DNA of 64,000 nt, taken from Eledone cirrhosa (Eukaryota). The notes beneath the pieces are model-generated. The model was not told where the DNA came from and did not search any database. It saw nothing but the letters and a program-made list of their open reading frames with translations. Positions 37,273 through 52,580 of the stretch are shown here, in pieces. The translations under genes and the position numbers were made by a program. Location of the stretch: positions 126,294,001 through 126,358,000 of the forward strand of contig OZ024744.1 of assembly GCA_964016885.1 (NCBI GenBank), given 5' to 3'. Numbering within the stretch: position 1 is the stretch's first letter; every line of letters starts with the position of its first letter.

Positions 37273-40200
37273 CATTCGCCGCCGGACTTCAGCTTCCTCA
37301 TTTAGCATGGGCAGTCTTTCTTGAAAATCACACCACACACAGCAAATGTGTGTCCGCACATGTACCAGTAATTACAGATCGATTCCGGTGAAAATTCACT
37401 GAAAACGGGCCATCCGGCCCTGTGCGTCGATCGTGGGCCGGCCGGATGTTGACGGATCGATGTGTAATTAGAAGTACATGTGCAGACACTCATTGGCTGT
37501 GCGTGGTATGCATTTCAGCAAGATATCTCCGTAACATCAAGAGTTGTGGCTGTGGAGGCACACCTAGTCAAACGTAAACAAGGTCTGGAGCGTTTACGCT
37601 TCGCGATTTTGTTTACGTTTGACTAGGTGTGCCTCCACAGCCATAACTCTTGATGTTACGGAGATATCTTGCTGAAATGCATACCGCGCACAGCCAATGA
37701 GTGTCCGCACATGTACTTCTAATTACACATCGATCCGTCAACATCCGGCCGGCCCACGATCGACGCACAGGGCCGGATGGCCCGTTTTCAGTGAATTTTC
37801 ACCGGAATCGATCTGTAATTACTGGTACATGTGCGGAGACACATTTGCTGTGTGTGGTGTGATTTTCAAGAAAAACTGCCCATGCTAAATGAGGAAGCTG
37901 AAGTCCGCCGGCGAATGGTGTGCTTCGAAGAAAACTAATTCGAAAATGACCGTTTGCAGGCGGAGTAACCTTTTCGATCGTGGGCCAGCCGCCCGTGGTG
38001 GGATCCATCTGTAATTACTGGTACATGTGCGGACACACATTTGCTGTGTGTGGTGTGATTTTCAAGAAGAACTGCCCATGCTAAATGAGGAAGCTGAAGT
38101 CCGCCGGCGAATGGTGTGCTTCGAAGAAAACTAATTCGAAAATGACCGTTTGCAGGCGGGGTAACCTTTTCGATCGTGGGCCAGCCGCCCGTGGTGGGAT
38201 CCATCTGTAATTACTGGTACATGTGCGGACACACATTTGCTGTGTGTGGTGTGATTTTCGAGAAAGACTGCCCATGCTAAATGAGGAAGCTGAAGTCCGC
38301 CGGCGAATGGTGTGCTTCGAAGAAAACTAATTCGAAAATGACTATTTGCCGGCGGAATCACCTTTTCGGTCCTGGTCCGGCCGGATCTTGCCGGATCGAT
38401 CGGAAATTTGTGGACCATGTTCGGAAGGCCATTGTGCATGTGTGGTGAAAAAAATTTGTGTCGAAATCTTCTCGGAAAATAACGGATCGCCGGCGGAGAT
38501 TGCCATTTCGATCGTGGGCCGGCCGGATCTTGTCGGATCGATTCGGACATATGTGCATCGTGTTCGCAAGGCCCTTGTCTATGTGTGGTGTGATTTTCAT
38601 AAAGAAATTCCGAAAAACCCAGTTTTAAATCTGATTTCGCCAAAGAATTTTGGCTATCAGATCGGGTTGAAAGGTATGGTTTCAGGTCGATCTGAAAGTC
38701 TAAAATGGAATTCACTCGGTTAGCTAACTTTTGATATATCGGAGATATCTTTCTGAAAATCACACCACACACTCCCAATGAGTGTCTGCACATTTACCAG
38801 TAATTACAGATAGATCCCACCACGGGCGGCCGGCCCACGATCGAAAAGGTTACTCCGAAGCACACCATTCGCCGGCGGAATTCATTTAGCATGGGCAGTT
38901 TTTCTCGAAAATCACACCACACACAGCCAATGAGTGTCCGCACATGTACCAGTAATTACAGATGGATCCCACCACGGGCGGCTGGCCCACGATCGAAAAG
39001 GTTACTCCGCCTGCAAACGGTCATTTTCGAATTCGTTTTCTTCGAAGCACACGATTCGCCGGCGGACTTCAGCTGCCTCATTTAGCATGGGCAGTTTTTC
39101 TCGAAAATCACACCACACACAGCAAATGTGTGTCCGCACATGTACCAGTAATTACAGATCGATTCCCGTGAAAATTCACTGAAAACGGGCCATTCGGCCC
39201 TGTGCGTCGATCGTGGGCCGGCCGGATGTTGACGGATCGATGTGTAATTAGAAGTACATGTGCGGACACTCATTGGCTGTGCGTGGTATGCATTTCAGCA
39301 AGATATCTCCGTAACATCAAGAGTTATGGCTGTGGAGGCACACCTAGTCAAACGTAAACAAGCTCTGGAGCGTATACGCTTCGCGATTTTGTTTACGTTT
39401 GACTAGGTGTGCCTCCACAGCCACAACTCTTGATGTTACGGAGATATCTTGCTGAAATGCATACCACGCACAGCCAATGAGTGTCCGCACATGTACTTCT
39501 AATTACACATCGATCCGTCAACATCCGGCCGGCCCACGATCGACGCACAGGGCCGGATGGCCCGTTTGCAGTGAATTTTCACCGGAATCGATCTGTAATT
39601 ACTGGTACATGTGCGGACACACATTTGCTGTGTGTGGTGTGATTTTCACGAAAAACTGCCCATGCTAAATGAGGAAGCTGAAGTCCGCCGGCGAATGGTG
39701 TGCTTCGAAGAAAACTAATTCGAAAATGACCGTTTGCAGGCGGAGTAACCTTTTCGATCGTGGGCCAGCCGCCCGTGGTGGGATACATCTGTAATTACTG
39801 GTACATGTGCGGACACACATTTGCTGTGTGTGGTGTGATTTTCGAGAAAGACTGCCCATGCTAAATGAGGAAGCTGAAGTTCGCCGGCGAATGGTGTGCT
39901 TCGAAGAAAACTAATTCGAAAATGACTATTTGCCGGCGGAATCACCTTTTCGGTCCTGGTCCGGCCGGATCTTGCCGGATCGATCGGAAATTTGTGGACC
40001 ATGTTCGGAAGGCCATTGTGCATGTGTGGTGAAAAAAATTTGTGTCGAAATCTTCTCGGAAAATAACGGATCGCCGGCGGAGATTGCCATTTCGATCGTG
40101 GGCCGGCCGGATCTTGTCGGATCGATTCGGACATATGTGCATCGTGTTCGCAAGGCCCTTGTCTATGTGTGGTGTGATTTTCATAAAGAAATTCCGAAAA

Positions 40201-43200
40201 ACCCAGTTTTAAATCTGATTTCGCCAAAGAATTTTGGCTATCAGATCGGGTTGAAAGGTATGGTTTCAGGTCGATCTGAAAGTCTAAAATGGAATTCACT
40301 CGGTTAGCTAACTTTTGATATATCGGAGATATCTTTCTGAAAATCACACCACACACTCCCAATGAGTGTCTGCACATGTACCAGTAATTACAGATGGATC
40401 CCACCACGGGCGGCCGGCCCACGATCGAAAAGGTTACTCCGAAGCACACCATTCGCCGGCGGAATTCATTTAGCATGGGCAGTTTTTCTCGAAAATCACA
40501 CCACACACAGCCAATGAGTGTCCGCACATGTACCAGTAATTACAGATGGATCCCACCACGGGCGGCTGGCCCACGATCGAAAAGGTTACTCCGCCTGCAA
40601 ACGGTCATTTTCGAATTAGTTTTCTTCGAAGCACACCATTCGCCGGCGGACTTCAGCTTCCTCATTTAGCATGGGCAGTTTTTCTCGAAAATCACACCAC
40701 ACACAGCAAATGTGTGTCCGCACATGTACCAGTAATTACAGATCGATTCCGGTGAAAATTCACTGAAAACGGGCCATTCTGCCCTGTGCGTCGATCGTGG
40801 GCCGGCCGGATGTTGACGGATCGATGTGTAATTAGAAGTACATGTGCGGACACTCATTGGCTGTGCGTGGTATGCATTTCAGCAAGATATCTCCGTAACA
40901 TCAAGAGTTATGGCTGTGGAGGCACACCTAGTCAAACGTAAACAAGCTCTGGAGCGTATACGCTTCGCGATTTTGTTTACGTTTGACTAGGTGTGCCTCC
41001 ACAGCCACAACTCTTGATGTTACGGAGATATCTTGCTGAAATGCATACCACGCACAGCCAATGAGTGTCCGCACATGTACTTCTAATTACACATCGATCC
41101 GTCAACATCCGGCCGGCCCACGATCGACGCACAGGGCCGGATGGCCCGTTTTCAGTGAATTTTCACCGGAATCGATCTGTAATTACTGGTACATGTGCGG
41201 ACACACATTTGCTGTGTGTGGTGTGATTTTCACGAAAAACTGCCCATGCTAAATGAGGAAGCTGAAGTCCGCCGGCGAATGGTGTGCTTCGAAGAAAACT
41301 AATTCGAAAATGACCGTTTGCAGGCGGAGTAACCTTTTCGATCGTGGGCCAGCCGCCCGTGGTGGGATACATCTGTAATTACTGGTACATGTGCGGACAC
41401 ACATTTGCTGTGTGTGGTGTGATTTTCGAGAAAGACTGCCCATGCTAAATGAGGAAGCTGAAGTCCGCCGGCGAATGGTGTGCTTCGAAGAAAACTAATT
41501 CGAAAATGACTATTTGCCGGCGGAATCACCTTTTTGGTCCTGGTCCGGCCGGATCTTGCCGGATCGATCGGAAATTTGTGGACCATGTTCGGAAGGCCAT
41601 TGTGCATGTGTGGTGAAAAAAATTTGTGTCGAAATCTTCTCGGAAAATAACGGATCGCCGGCGGAGATTGCCATTTCGATCGTGGGCCGGCCGGATCTTG
41701 TCGGATCGATTCGGACATATGTGCATCGTGTTCGCAAGGCCCTTGTCTATGTGTGGTGTGATTTTCATAAAGAAATTCCGAAAAACCCAGTTTTAAATCT
41801 GATTTCGCCAAAGAATTTTGGCTATCAGATCGGGTTGAAAGGTATGGTTTCAGGTCGATCTGAAAGTCTAAAATGGAATTCACTCGGTTAGCTAACTATT
41901 GATATATCGGAGATATCTTTCTGAAAATCACACCACACACTCCCAATGAGTGTCTGCACATGTACCAGTAATTACAGATGGATCCCACCACGGGCGGCCG
42001 GCCCACGATCGAAAAGGTTACTCCGAAGCACACCATTCGCCGGCGGAATTCATTTAGCATGGGCAGTTTTTCTCGAAAATCACACCACACACAGCCAATG
42101 AGTGTCCGCACATGTACCAGTAATTACAGATGGATCCCACCACGGGCGGCTGGCCCACGATCGAAAAGGTTACTCCGCCTGCAAACGGTCATTTTCGAAT
42201 TCGTTTTCTTCGAAGCACACGATTCGCCGGCGGACTTCAGCTGCCTCATTTAGCATGGGCAGTTTTTCTCGAAAATCACACCACACACAGCAAATGTGTG
42301 TCCGCACATGTACCAGTAATTACAGATCGATTCCCGTGAAAATTCACTGAAAACGGGCCATTCGGCCCTGTGCGTCGATCGTGGGCCGGCCGGATGTTGA
42401 CGGATCGATGTGTAATTAGAAGTACATGTGCGGACACTCATTGGCTGTGCGTGGTATGCATTTCAGCAAGATATCTCCGTAACATCAAGAGTTATGGCTG
42501 TGGAGGCACACCTAGTCAAACGTAAACAAGCTCTGGAGCGTATACGCTTCGCGATTTTGTTTACGTTTGACTAGGTGTGCCTCCACAGCCACAACTCTTG
42601 ATGTTACGGAGATATCTTGCTGAAATGCATACCACGCACAGCCAATGAGTGTCCGCACATGTACTTCTAATTACACATCGATCCGTCAACATCCGGCCGG
42701 CCCACGATCGACGCACAGGGCCGGATGGCCCGTTTGCAGTGAATTTTCACCGGAATCGATCTGTAATTACTGGTACATGTGCGGACACACATTTGCTGTG
42801 TGTGGTGTGATTTTCACGAAAAACTGCCCATGCTAAATGAGGAAGCTGAAGTCCGCCGGCGAATGGTGTGCTTCGAAGAAAACTAATTCGAAAATGACCG
42901 TTTGCAGGCGGAGTAACCTTTTCGATCGTGGGCCAGCCGCCCGTGGTGGGATACATCTGTAATTACTGGTACATGTGCGGACACACATTTGCTGTGTGTG
43001 GTGTGATTTTCGAGAAAGACTGCCCATGCTAAATGAGGAAGCTGAAGTTCGCCGGCGAATGGTGTGCTTCGAAGAAAACTAATTCGAAAATGACTATTTG
43101 CCGGCGGAATCACCTTTTCGGTCCTGGTCCGGCCGGATCTTGCCGGATCGATCGGAAATTTGTGGACCATGTTCGGAAGGCCATTGTGCATGTGTGGTGA

Positions 43201-45860
43201 AAAAAATTTGTGTCGAAATCTTCTCGGAAAATAACGGATCGCCGGCGGAGATTGCCATTTCGATCGTGGGCCGGCCGGATCTTGTCGGATCGATTCGGAC
43301 ATATGTGCATCGTGTTCGCAAGGCCCTTGTCTATGTGTGGTGTGATTTTCATAAAGAAATTCCGAAAAACCCAGTTTTAAATCTGATTTCGCCAAAGAAT
43401 TTTGGCTATCAGATCGGGTTGAAAGGTATGGTTTCAGGTCGATCTGAAAGTCTAAAATGGAATTCACTCGGTTAGCTAACTTTTGATATATCGGAGATAT
43501 CTTTCTGAAAATCACACCACACACTCCCAATGAGTGTCTGCACATGTACCAGTAATTACAGATGGATCCCACCACGGGCGGCCGGCCCACGATCGAAAAG
43601 GTTACTCCGAAGCACACCATTCGCCGGCGGAATTCATTTAGCATGGGCAGTTTTTCTCGAAAATCACACCACACACAGCCAATGAGTGTCCGCACATGTA
43701 CCAGTAATTACAGATGGATCCCACCACGGGCGGCTGGCCCACGATCGAAAAGGTTACTCCGCCTGCAAACGGTCATTTTCGAATTAGTTTTCTTCGAAGC
43801 ACACCATTCGCCGGCGGACTTCAGCTTCCTCATTTAGCATGGGCAGTTTTTCTCGAAAATCACACCACACACAGCAAATGTGTGTCCGCACATGTACCAG
43901 TAATTACAGATCGATTCCGGTGAAAATTCACTGAAAACGGGCCATTCTGCCCTGTGCGTCGATCGTGGGCCGGCCGGATGTTGACGGATCGATGTGTAAT
44001 TAGAAGTACATGTGCGGACACTCATTGGCTGTGCGTGGTATGCATTTCAGCAAGATATCTCCGTAACATCAAGAGTTATGGCTGTGGAGGCACACCTAGT
44101 CAAACGTAAACAAGCTCTGGAGCGTATACGCTTCGCGATTTTGTTTACGTTTGACTAGGTGTGCCTCCACAGCCACAACTCTTGATGTTACGGAGATATC
44201 TTGCTGAAATGCATACCACGCACAGCCAATGAGTGTCCGCACATGTACTTCTAATTACACATCGATCCGTCAACATCCGGCCGGCCCACGATCGACGCAC
44301 AGGGCCGGATGGCCCGTTTTCAGTGAATTTTCACCGGAATCGATCTGTAATTACTGGTACATGTGCGGACACACATTTGCTGTGTGTGGTGTGATTTTCA
44401 CGAAAAACTGCCCATGCTAAATGAGGAAGCTGAAGTCCGCCGGCGAATGGTGTGCTTCGAAGAAAACTAATTCGAAAATGACCGTTTGCAGGCGGAGTAA
44501 CCTTTTCGATCGTGGGCCAGCCGCCCGTGGTGGGATACATCTGTAATTACTGGTACATGTGCGGACACACATTTGCTGTGTGTGGTGTGATTTTCGAGAA
44601 AGACTGCCCATGCTAAATGAGGAAGCTGAAGTCCGCCGGCGAATGGTGTGCTTCGAAGAAAACTAATTCGAAAATGACTATTTGCCGGCGGAATCACCTT
44701 TTTGGTCCTGGTCCGGCCGGATCTTGCCGGATCGATCGGAAATTTGTGGACCATGTTCGGAAGGCCATTGTGCATGTGTGGTGAAAAAAATTTGTGTCGA
44801 AATCTTCTCGGAAAATAACGGATCGCCGGCGGAGATTGCCATTTCGATCGTGGGCCGGCCGGATCTTGTCGGATCGATTCGGACATATGTGCATCGTGTT
44901 CGCAAGGCCCTTGTCTATGTGTGGTGTGATTTTCATAAAGAAATTCCGAAAAACCCAGTTTTAAATCTGATTTCGCCAAAGAATTTTGGCTATCAGATCG
45001 GGTTGAAAGGTATGGTTTCAGGTCGATCTGAAAGTCTAAAATGGAATTCACTCGGTTAGCTAACTATTGATATATCGGAGATATCTTTCTGAAAATCACA
45101 CCACACACTCCCAATGAGTGTCTGCACATGTACCAGTAATTACAGATGGATCCCACCACGGGCGGCCGGCCCACGATCGAAAAGGTTACTCCGAAGCACA
45201 CCATTCGCCGGCGGAATTCATTTAGCATGGGCAGTTTTTCTCGAAAATCACACCACACACAGCCAATGAGTGTCCGCACATGTACCAGTAATTACAGATG
45301 GATCCCACCACGGGCGGCTGGCCCACGATCGAAAAGGTTACTCCGCCTGCAAACGGTCATTTTCGAATTAGTTTTCTTCGAAGCACACCATTCGCCGGCG
45401 GACTTCAGCTTCCTCATTTAGCATGGGCAGTTTTTCTTGAAAATCACACCACACACAGCAAATGTGTGTCCGCACATGTACCAGTAATTACAGATCGATT
45501 CCGGTGAAAATTCACTGAAAACGGGCCATTCGGCCCTGTGCGTCGATCGTGGGCCGGCCGGATGTTGACGGATCGATGTGTAATTAGAAGTACATGTGCG
45601 GACACTCATTGGCTGTGCGTGGTATGCATTTCACTAAGATATCTCCGTAACATCAAGAGTTATGGCTGTGGAGGCACACCTAGTCAAACGTAAACAAGGT
45701 CTGGAGCGTTTACGCTTCGCGATTTTGTTTACGTTTGACTAGGTGTGCCTCCACAGCGACAACTCTTGATGTTACGGAGATATCTTGCTGAAATTCATAC
45801 CACGCACAGCCAATGAGTGTCCGCACATGTACCTGTAATTACACATCGATCCGACGACGG
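37273..45860. repeat. 1584-bp array of long palindromes, copy B (6 hairpin axes)
   Basis: Axes at 37595, 39375, 40959, 42543, 44127, 45711 from mirrored ORFs. Confidence 0.95.
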
Positions 45861-45965
45861 ACAGAGTATTCGGTTTATTTTCTTGACATATTTCTTTACA
45901 TATTGTCCAGGCATGCACTTTTTCCATGATTAGTTCTGTTGACGGCCCGCTTTCCAAAATACCTT

Positions 45966-45995
45966 ATCCTGTGCAACGCCGGGTACCACTGCTAG
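45966..45995 (+). mobile_element. Helitron-type 3' terminus, copy B
   Basis: CCTGTGCAACGCCGGGTACCACTGCTAG|TATA. Confidence 0.75.
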
Positions 45996-46214
45996 TATAT
46001 ATATGTGTATGTATATATATATATATATATTGGTAAACGGAATAGAAAATTGTGACAAATTGTTCACAGTGAAAAATAGTTTAATTAGGAATAAGTGATA
46101 ATTAGTAATAGTATTGGTTAGTATTAAGTTTTGGTTTTAAGTTTTACCGGTTGCGCATTTCTAATGCTTTTCAAAAATAATTTTGAGATAGAGCGTCCGT
46201 GATGTTTGCTCTGA

Positions 46215-46270
<56 letters not shown>

Positions 46271-47467
46271 AACAGTAGAAAGGAAAAAGATTTTTTCAGT
46301 AGAAATTGCTGAAGAGATTCTTTCAGTGTAATTTCAAAACATTAATTTATTTATAAAGTGGATATTTCCACATTTAATAATGGCACTGGGTTCAGCATTA
46401 TATACATTGTCAATTGTGGATTCTACTTTTGGCACAAGGGCTGCAATTATCCAGTACATTACTGGTACTTTATTATTTATACAAATAATAATTGTTTCTA
46501 CTTTTGGCACAAGGGCAGCAATTACCCAGTACATTACTGGTACTTTATTATTTATACAAATAATAATTGTTTCTACTTTAGGCACAAGGTCAGCAATTAC
46601 CCAGTACATTACTGGTACTTTATTATTTATACAAATAATAATTGTTTCTACTTTAGGCACAAGGTCAGCAATTACCCCAGTACTTTATTTTATCGACCCC
46701 GTAAGGATGAAAGAAAAGTTAACCTCAACGGGATTTGAACTCAGTCTGTAAAGGGAGGTAACTGCTGGATTAATTTGGTTAATTAAGTTAACAGAAATTA
46801 TGAACCGGTTTCTACAGAGCCTTCTGGACATTTAACCCTTTAGCATTTAAACCAGCCATACCTAGCCAGAATACTCTCACATCTTTCTGTTCAAACCAGC
46901 CATAACTGGCCACTCATACTGACGTTAAGGTATTGTTCTCAATATAAATAATATCAAAATCTCATAGATTCGATATTATATGAGATAATTATGTAAGATA
47001 AAGCCTTTACCACAAAAATACAATAGTATATATAGAGTAATAAAAATGCTAAAGGGTAAAAGTAGCTTATTATTTTGTGAGCTCTTGCTACTTATTGCTC
47101 TTGTGCATCAAGAACATACACAGCTTACATTTTGTTGCTAATCTCACTGAGATCCAACTACATCTCTTGTTTATCCATAGTTTGGAATTTCTACCTACTC
47201 CTTTCCTTTAGAATGATCAAGGCCATTTTCTTGTGGGGATCTAGGCCCTGTTTTCCTTTCTATTTTGCCAAGTTATCTTACATCACTTTCATTCTAGACC
47301 ATGCTTCCAGGTTTGGAATTTCTCCTCTAATTTTACCACAGATTAAGTGACAAGGGTTCAATCATGTGCATACAGGAGTTCCCATGGACAGCCAGTAATA
47401 TGTAATAGCCTGCAGGATGATAATAAACAGAAGAGGGTTAATTACAGAGCCCTGATAGAGGGTTAAT

Positions 47468-48943
47468 AACAGAGCCCTGATAGACTTGTTCACTCAACTC
47501 CTCACTATAGCCATCATTACTTTTAACCTTACTGACTGCTCCTCCATACATGGCTTTTACTGCTCTCACAAGCCACTCATATACCCCTAGTTTTCTAAGT
47601 TATACACCAGATTAGGGAAGGGGGAAGTCTCACAGAAGCTCTCTCTGGGTCAACAAACGCCAAGTAGAGGGGCTTATTTTAGCTAGGTACTACTCTTGCA
47701 GTTGCCACACAAGGAAGAGGACATCAGTGGTACTTTTACCTGGCACAAATCCAAACTTCATCTCATCTAGGTTAACTTGGTCCCTAATCAGCTGTGTTAT
47801 AAATCTAACACCTTCATGAAGTGGTCCATCTAATATCTCTATAGTTTTCTAGCTCTAGTACATCTCCTTTGCCCTTGTAGCAGTTGATGATGATGATACT
47901 ACACCATTTATTTGGTATGACACCATTTTGTATTACATGCTGTACGATACCAGTGGTTAAGATGTGACCCACCATCCCAGATACTTTCAGTATCTCAGCA
48001 ACTATCACCAATGGACAAGATACTTTCTCTGTCTTCATATCCTTAATTACCTTACTTCATATCCTTAATTACCTTACTGCTTACTTGTATGGCTGGACCC
48101 TCTGTTGGGCCCACTTTCCGTAGACTATCTTCCTCCCATGCATTCTCCTCATTCAGTAATCTTTCATAAAGGCATTTCCATGTTACAAAGGTTGGCTGAA
48201 AAGTTCATAGACTATCAATGATAGCATGATGCTAGAGCTGTGAAATCTTGCCTGCATTAATTTCAACTCTTCTTATTAATAACTGCATTGTTTCCTTCCA
48301 GGGACTATGTTGAAAAATAAACCTCATTTGGTCATTCCATGAGTGTATCTTGGTCTGCCTATGAACTTTTCAGCTGACCCTATTCAGCATCAGTGAGCCC
48401 AAATGCCCCATTATCATCCTGGACACACTTTACCCCAACATCACAATTTGCCCTCACACACTGCCTCACAATCCTGAACATCTCATGTATTTCATCCTCA
48501 CATCATAAAACCAACTGAAATTATATATTCTCTGCTTCCCTCCTTGCAAAGAATACTTCTTGCCTAGCTTCCTGTAGTGTACCCTCCAGCTGCCTCCATT
48601 CTGCCATTATTCCATGCCTGTCTCTTGGCCTTAACTGTCTCATCTACCCTAGTGTTTCACCACCAAGATACTCTCCTCTCTGAAGCCCTGCTCCAGCCAC
48701 AGATCTAGTTTGACACCTTCAGCAAAGGTTCTTTAAGGAACTCCCACTGTTCCCCTATATTGTATGTTTCTATTTGTTCTTCCTTACTGTTGTAAAGATC
48801 AAACAAAATATCTCTAAATTTGGAACTGGCTGAGGGGTCCTTTAACTTCCATATCCTTCTCCTCCAAGTTGCCCTCAGTCTTCAAGTTCATCTAAGTCTA
48901 TGAAATCACTAACTACTGGGTTATGTTGGGAGGTGCATTCTTC
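47468..48943 (-). mobile_element. Degenerate RTE LINE with nested mariner MITE, copy B
   Basis: Copy of 10375-11850 at offset 37093. Confidence 0.75.
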
Positions 48944-49095
48944 CCCAGGGGGTGGGGATTGTGTGTTTACAAATGTCAATATCTCATCTTCTGGTGAGGA
49001 TAAAAATCTGACTGGCATGCTCCTCTGACCAATAGGTGTTGAAGTGGTTGTCGGGTAAACGTTAAGACCCTCTGATATACATATATATATATATA

Positions 49096-49360
49096 CTAGC
49101 AGTGGTACCCGGCGTTGCACGGGATAACGTATTTCGGAACGCGGGCCGCCATCTTCCACTTCAGCCGGTCGCCCTAAAGTGTTGGCTATTCAGTCTACTT
49201 GAGGCCAGTTGGTGAGGGGGGGTAAAGCTTTCAGTGTGCTACTACCCTCACGGTCAAATAGAAAGGGAGAGGAAGAAAAGTCAGCGTTAATATCGTGCTA
49301 CACGTTTGAAAGGTTGGATGACCTTAGAGTTCACCAGGGTGGGGGGTTCTAAAAGTATCT
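49096..49360 (-). mobile_element. Non-autonomous Helitron-like element, copy B
   Basis: CTAGCAGTGGTACCCGGCGTTGCACGGG at 49096. Confidence 0.7.
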
Positions 49361-50319
49361 ATCTTGGTATTTTATCTTAGAAGTAATCATTACAGAGTGT
49401 ACTGGGTGTATTTTAGTGGGCAGTAATTCCATAAAGAACACAGTATAATCTGTGGACACAAGCCTTGCAGTGTGATTACAGGCAGGTTAATGGGAAAGAT
49501 AGATTATATATGTGACATGATGTACATGAGAAGTGAGGACACAGACCACACATGAAATAGATTCCTACAACTGTCAGGGAGGCTCCCTAGAATTACAGAT
49601 GACATATTTCAATATCTCGGTGATCAAGTTAGCAGTGGAGGAAGAATCTCTAAAAGTGTAATACCCAGGATAAGGACAGGCTGGAAGAAGTTTAGAGTAC
49701 TGTTCCATCTGTTGACAACAAAGGGCTTCTCTCTCAGAATGGAGGCTAGACTGCTTGATACTTATGTGTGGTCTGCAATCTACACCCCAGCCATGCCCCT
49801 TCCACTACCACTCCTTAGCTATTTCTCTCCATTAATACTCCTCACATTTCAAGCAGTTTTCTCATCTCAATGAAAGAAAAATATTGGGCTCAAGAGAAGT
49901 CTTCAGTTATGCCATGGTGTGGCAACCTCCCTAGGGTTGGGCAGAGTGTAAATGAGAGTGAAATTAGGTATGAGAGGGATCATATGCAGTATACAAGAGA
50001 GTAGATTACATTGGTATGGTCATGTGATGGGTATAAAGGATGACAGCTGTATAAAAATGTGCTGGGCAATCAAAGTTGATGGAAGTTATGAAGGCGGAAG
50101 ACCCAGGATGACCTGGGATGAGGTGATAAAAGATGACTTTGCACAATTGCAACTCTCAAAGACAATGACACAGGATAGAGATCTTGAGATGTATGCAGCA
50201 ATACAGAAGGCCTGCTTTCCAATGTGCACGGACTCAAACATACATCTAGTAGGCCCCTCCTAACCACTATACTCCTTTCCAAACTCCCACACTCCCACTT
50301 CTGTACACACCACCTTTAG

Positions 50320-51077
50320 ACTGTAAAGTGGTAGTGTACAAGTCACAACAAAAGCACCCAGTCCACTCTGTAAAGTTGATGTGTTGGTGTCATAACAAAA
50401 GGCACTCAGTCCACTCTGTAAAGAGGTTGTGTAAGTGTCACAACAAAGACATCTAGTCCACACTGTAAAGTGGTCATGTAGGTGTCACAACAAAAAGTAC
50501 CAGTCATTATTGTAAAGTGGTTGTATAGGTGTCATAACAAAAAGCACCCAGTCGACACTGTAAAGTGGTTGTGTAGGTGTCAGAACCAAAAGCACCCAGT
50601 CCACACTGTAAAGTGGTTGTGTAGGTGTCATGACAAAAAGCACTCAGTCTACATTGTAATGAGGTTGTGTAGGTGTCATGACAAAAAGCACCTAGTCCAC
50701 ACTGTAAAGTGGTCATGCAGGTGTCATGACAAAAAGCACCCAGTCCTCACTGTAAAGTGGTCATGTAGGTGTCATGTCAAAAAGCACCCAGTCCACCCTG
50801 TAAAGTGGTTGTGTAGGTGTCATGATAAAAAGCACCCAGTCCACACAGTAAAGTGGTCATGTAGGTGTCACTAAAAAAGCACCCAGTCTACTCTGTAAAG
50901 TGGTCATGTAGGTGTCATGACAAATAGCACCCAGTCCACCCTGTAAAGTGTTCATGTAGGTGTCATGATGGAGAGTAACCAGTCCACAATGTAAAGTAGC
51001 CATGTAGCTGTCACAACAAAGCACCCAGTCCACACTGTAAAGTGGTCATGTAGGTGTCATTTCAAAAAGCACCCAGG
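50320..51077. repeat. 48-bp minisatellite (~16 copies), copy B only
   Basis: CACTGTAAAGTGGTCATGTAGGTGTCATGACAAAAAGCACCCAGTCCA variants; 16-aa periodicity in ORF 50482-50874. Confidence 0.92.
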
Positions 51078-51306
51078 TCCATGGCTTGGCCTGCTAACCG
51101 ACGCTATACCCAAGTCGGTCGCCATGCTTTCCAGCATAGAGTTACGTCTCTTTATGGTCTGAGTTCAAATCACGCCGAGGTTAACTTTGCCTTTCATCCT
51201 TACGGGGTCGATAAAATAAAGCACCAGTAATGTACTGGGGTCGATTTAATCGACTTTCCCCTCCTCTGCCAAATGACACACACATGCATGGTTCGGGGGA
51301 ACCTAC

Positions 51307-51342
<36 letters not shown>

Positions 51343-52220
51343 GTAGGTCACTGGTTGAGTCGGTATTAACCACAGTAACTAAGGTACTCAATACATATTA
51401 GATATAGGTGTCTTTCTAATTGCTGGCCTTGTTCATAAGGTATACACAAGTATGATGTGTGTCTGTTTAACTGTACGTGTGAAAACATCGCGAAATTGCG
51501 CCTTTTAATATTTGAATATAAACAGTTAAAAAATAATTATTTTAGTAATTTTTAAATATCGATAATGTGTATATAAATATTAGAAATCAATTTAATTAGT
51601 TCAGTAACATTACTCGGAGTTAAGATAAACCTTCATTTGAAGAAATTCGAGATTTGACCAAATAAATAGATTATGTGATCAATAAAAAAAATATGTATAC
51701 GCGCTTGAACGACGGGTTGCAGACAGTCAGGCATACAGACACATATTTTAAAGCGTGCGACGTTAAAAGTCTTACTCTCTCTCTTTTTAGATAGATAGAC
51801 TTAATTAAAGCAGTTTCACTCTCTCTATATTTCATCAGCTCTCTCTCTCTTAAATTGAAAGATTCATTAAGGCTGAAATAATCTAAACAGTAACATCATA
51901 TTCGCCAGCTCTAGCTTGCGTCCAGAGATATACACACACATATATATATATTTTTTTTGTTATCGAGTTGAGCTTTGCCAAGCATAGAATTCCAAATTTG
52001 ACCATCTCCACTGAAAATGTTCGTGAAATAGTCTTTAAGAAGCAATTTAATTTTTTCCAACTGAAACTGTAAGTATTTTAAAATTTATTTCAACATGGTC
52101 TTAAAAGATTGTTGGCTTTTTTTAAATTCATAACTATTTACTATGAAATATAAATTATTAAATCCAATTTATTTGATAACCATGATTTGATTTTATAATT
52201 ACCTGAATCACGTTAACATG

Positions 52221-52265
<45 letters not shown>

Positions 52266-52520
52266 GTGTGTGTATATATATATATATATATAATAATTGT
52301 TTCTACGTTACGCAGTGTATTACTGGTACTGTATTTTACGATATTAAATATTAAATATTAACTATTAGATATTAAATATTAAATATTAGATATTAGATAT
52401 TAAATATTAAATATGATATCCCTGAAATATATATAATGAAATAAATATGGTTTTATAAATGTAATTTCCATTTGTTTAATATCAAATATATATATATATA
52501 TATATATGTATTTATGTATA

Positions 52521-52580
<60 letters not shown>

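Noticed and set aside
50482-50874. Cys/His-rich repeat protein (KHPVHTVKWLCRCHDK)n
   Set aside because: A 48-bp minisatellite with frame-breaking units on both sides; absent from copy A.
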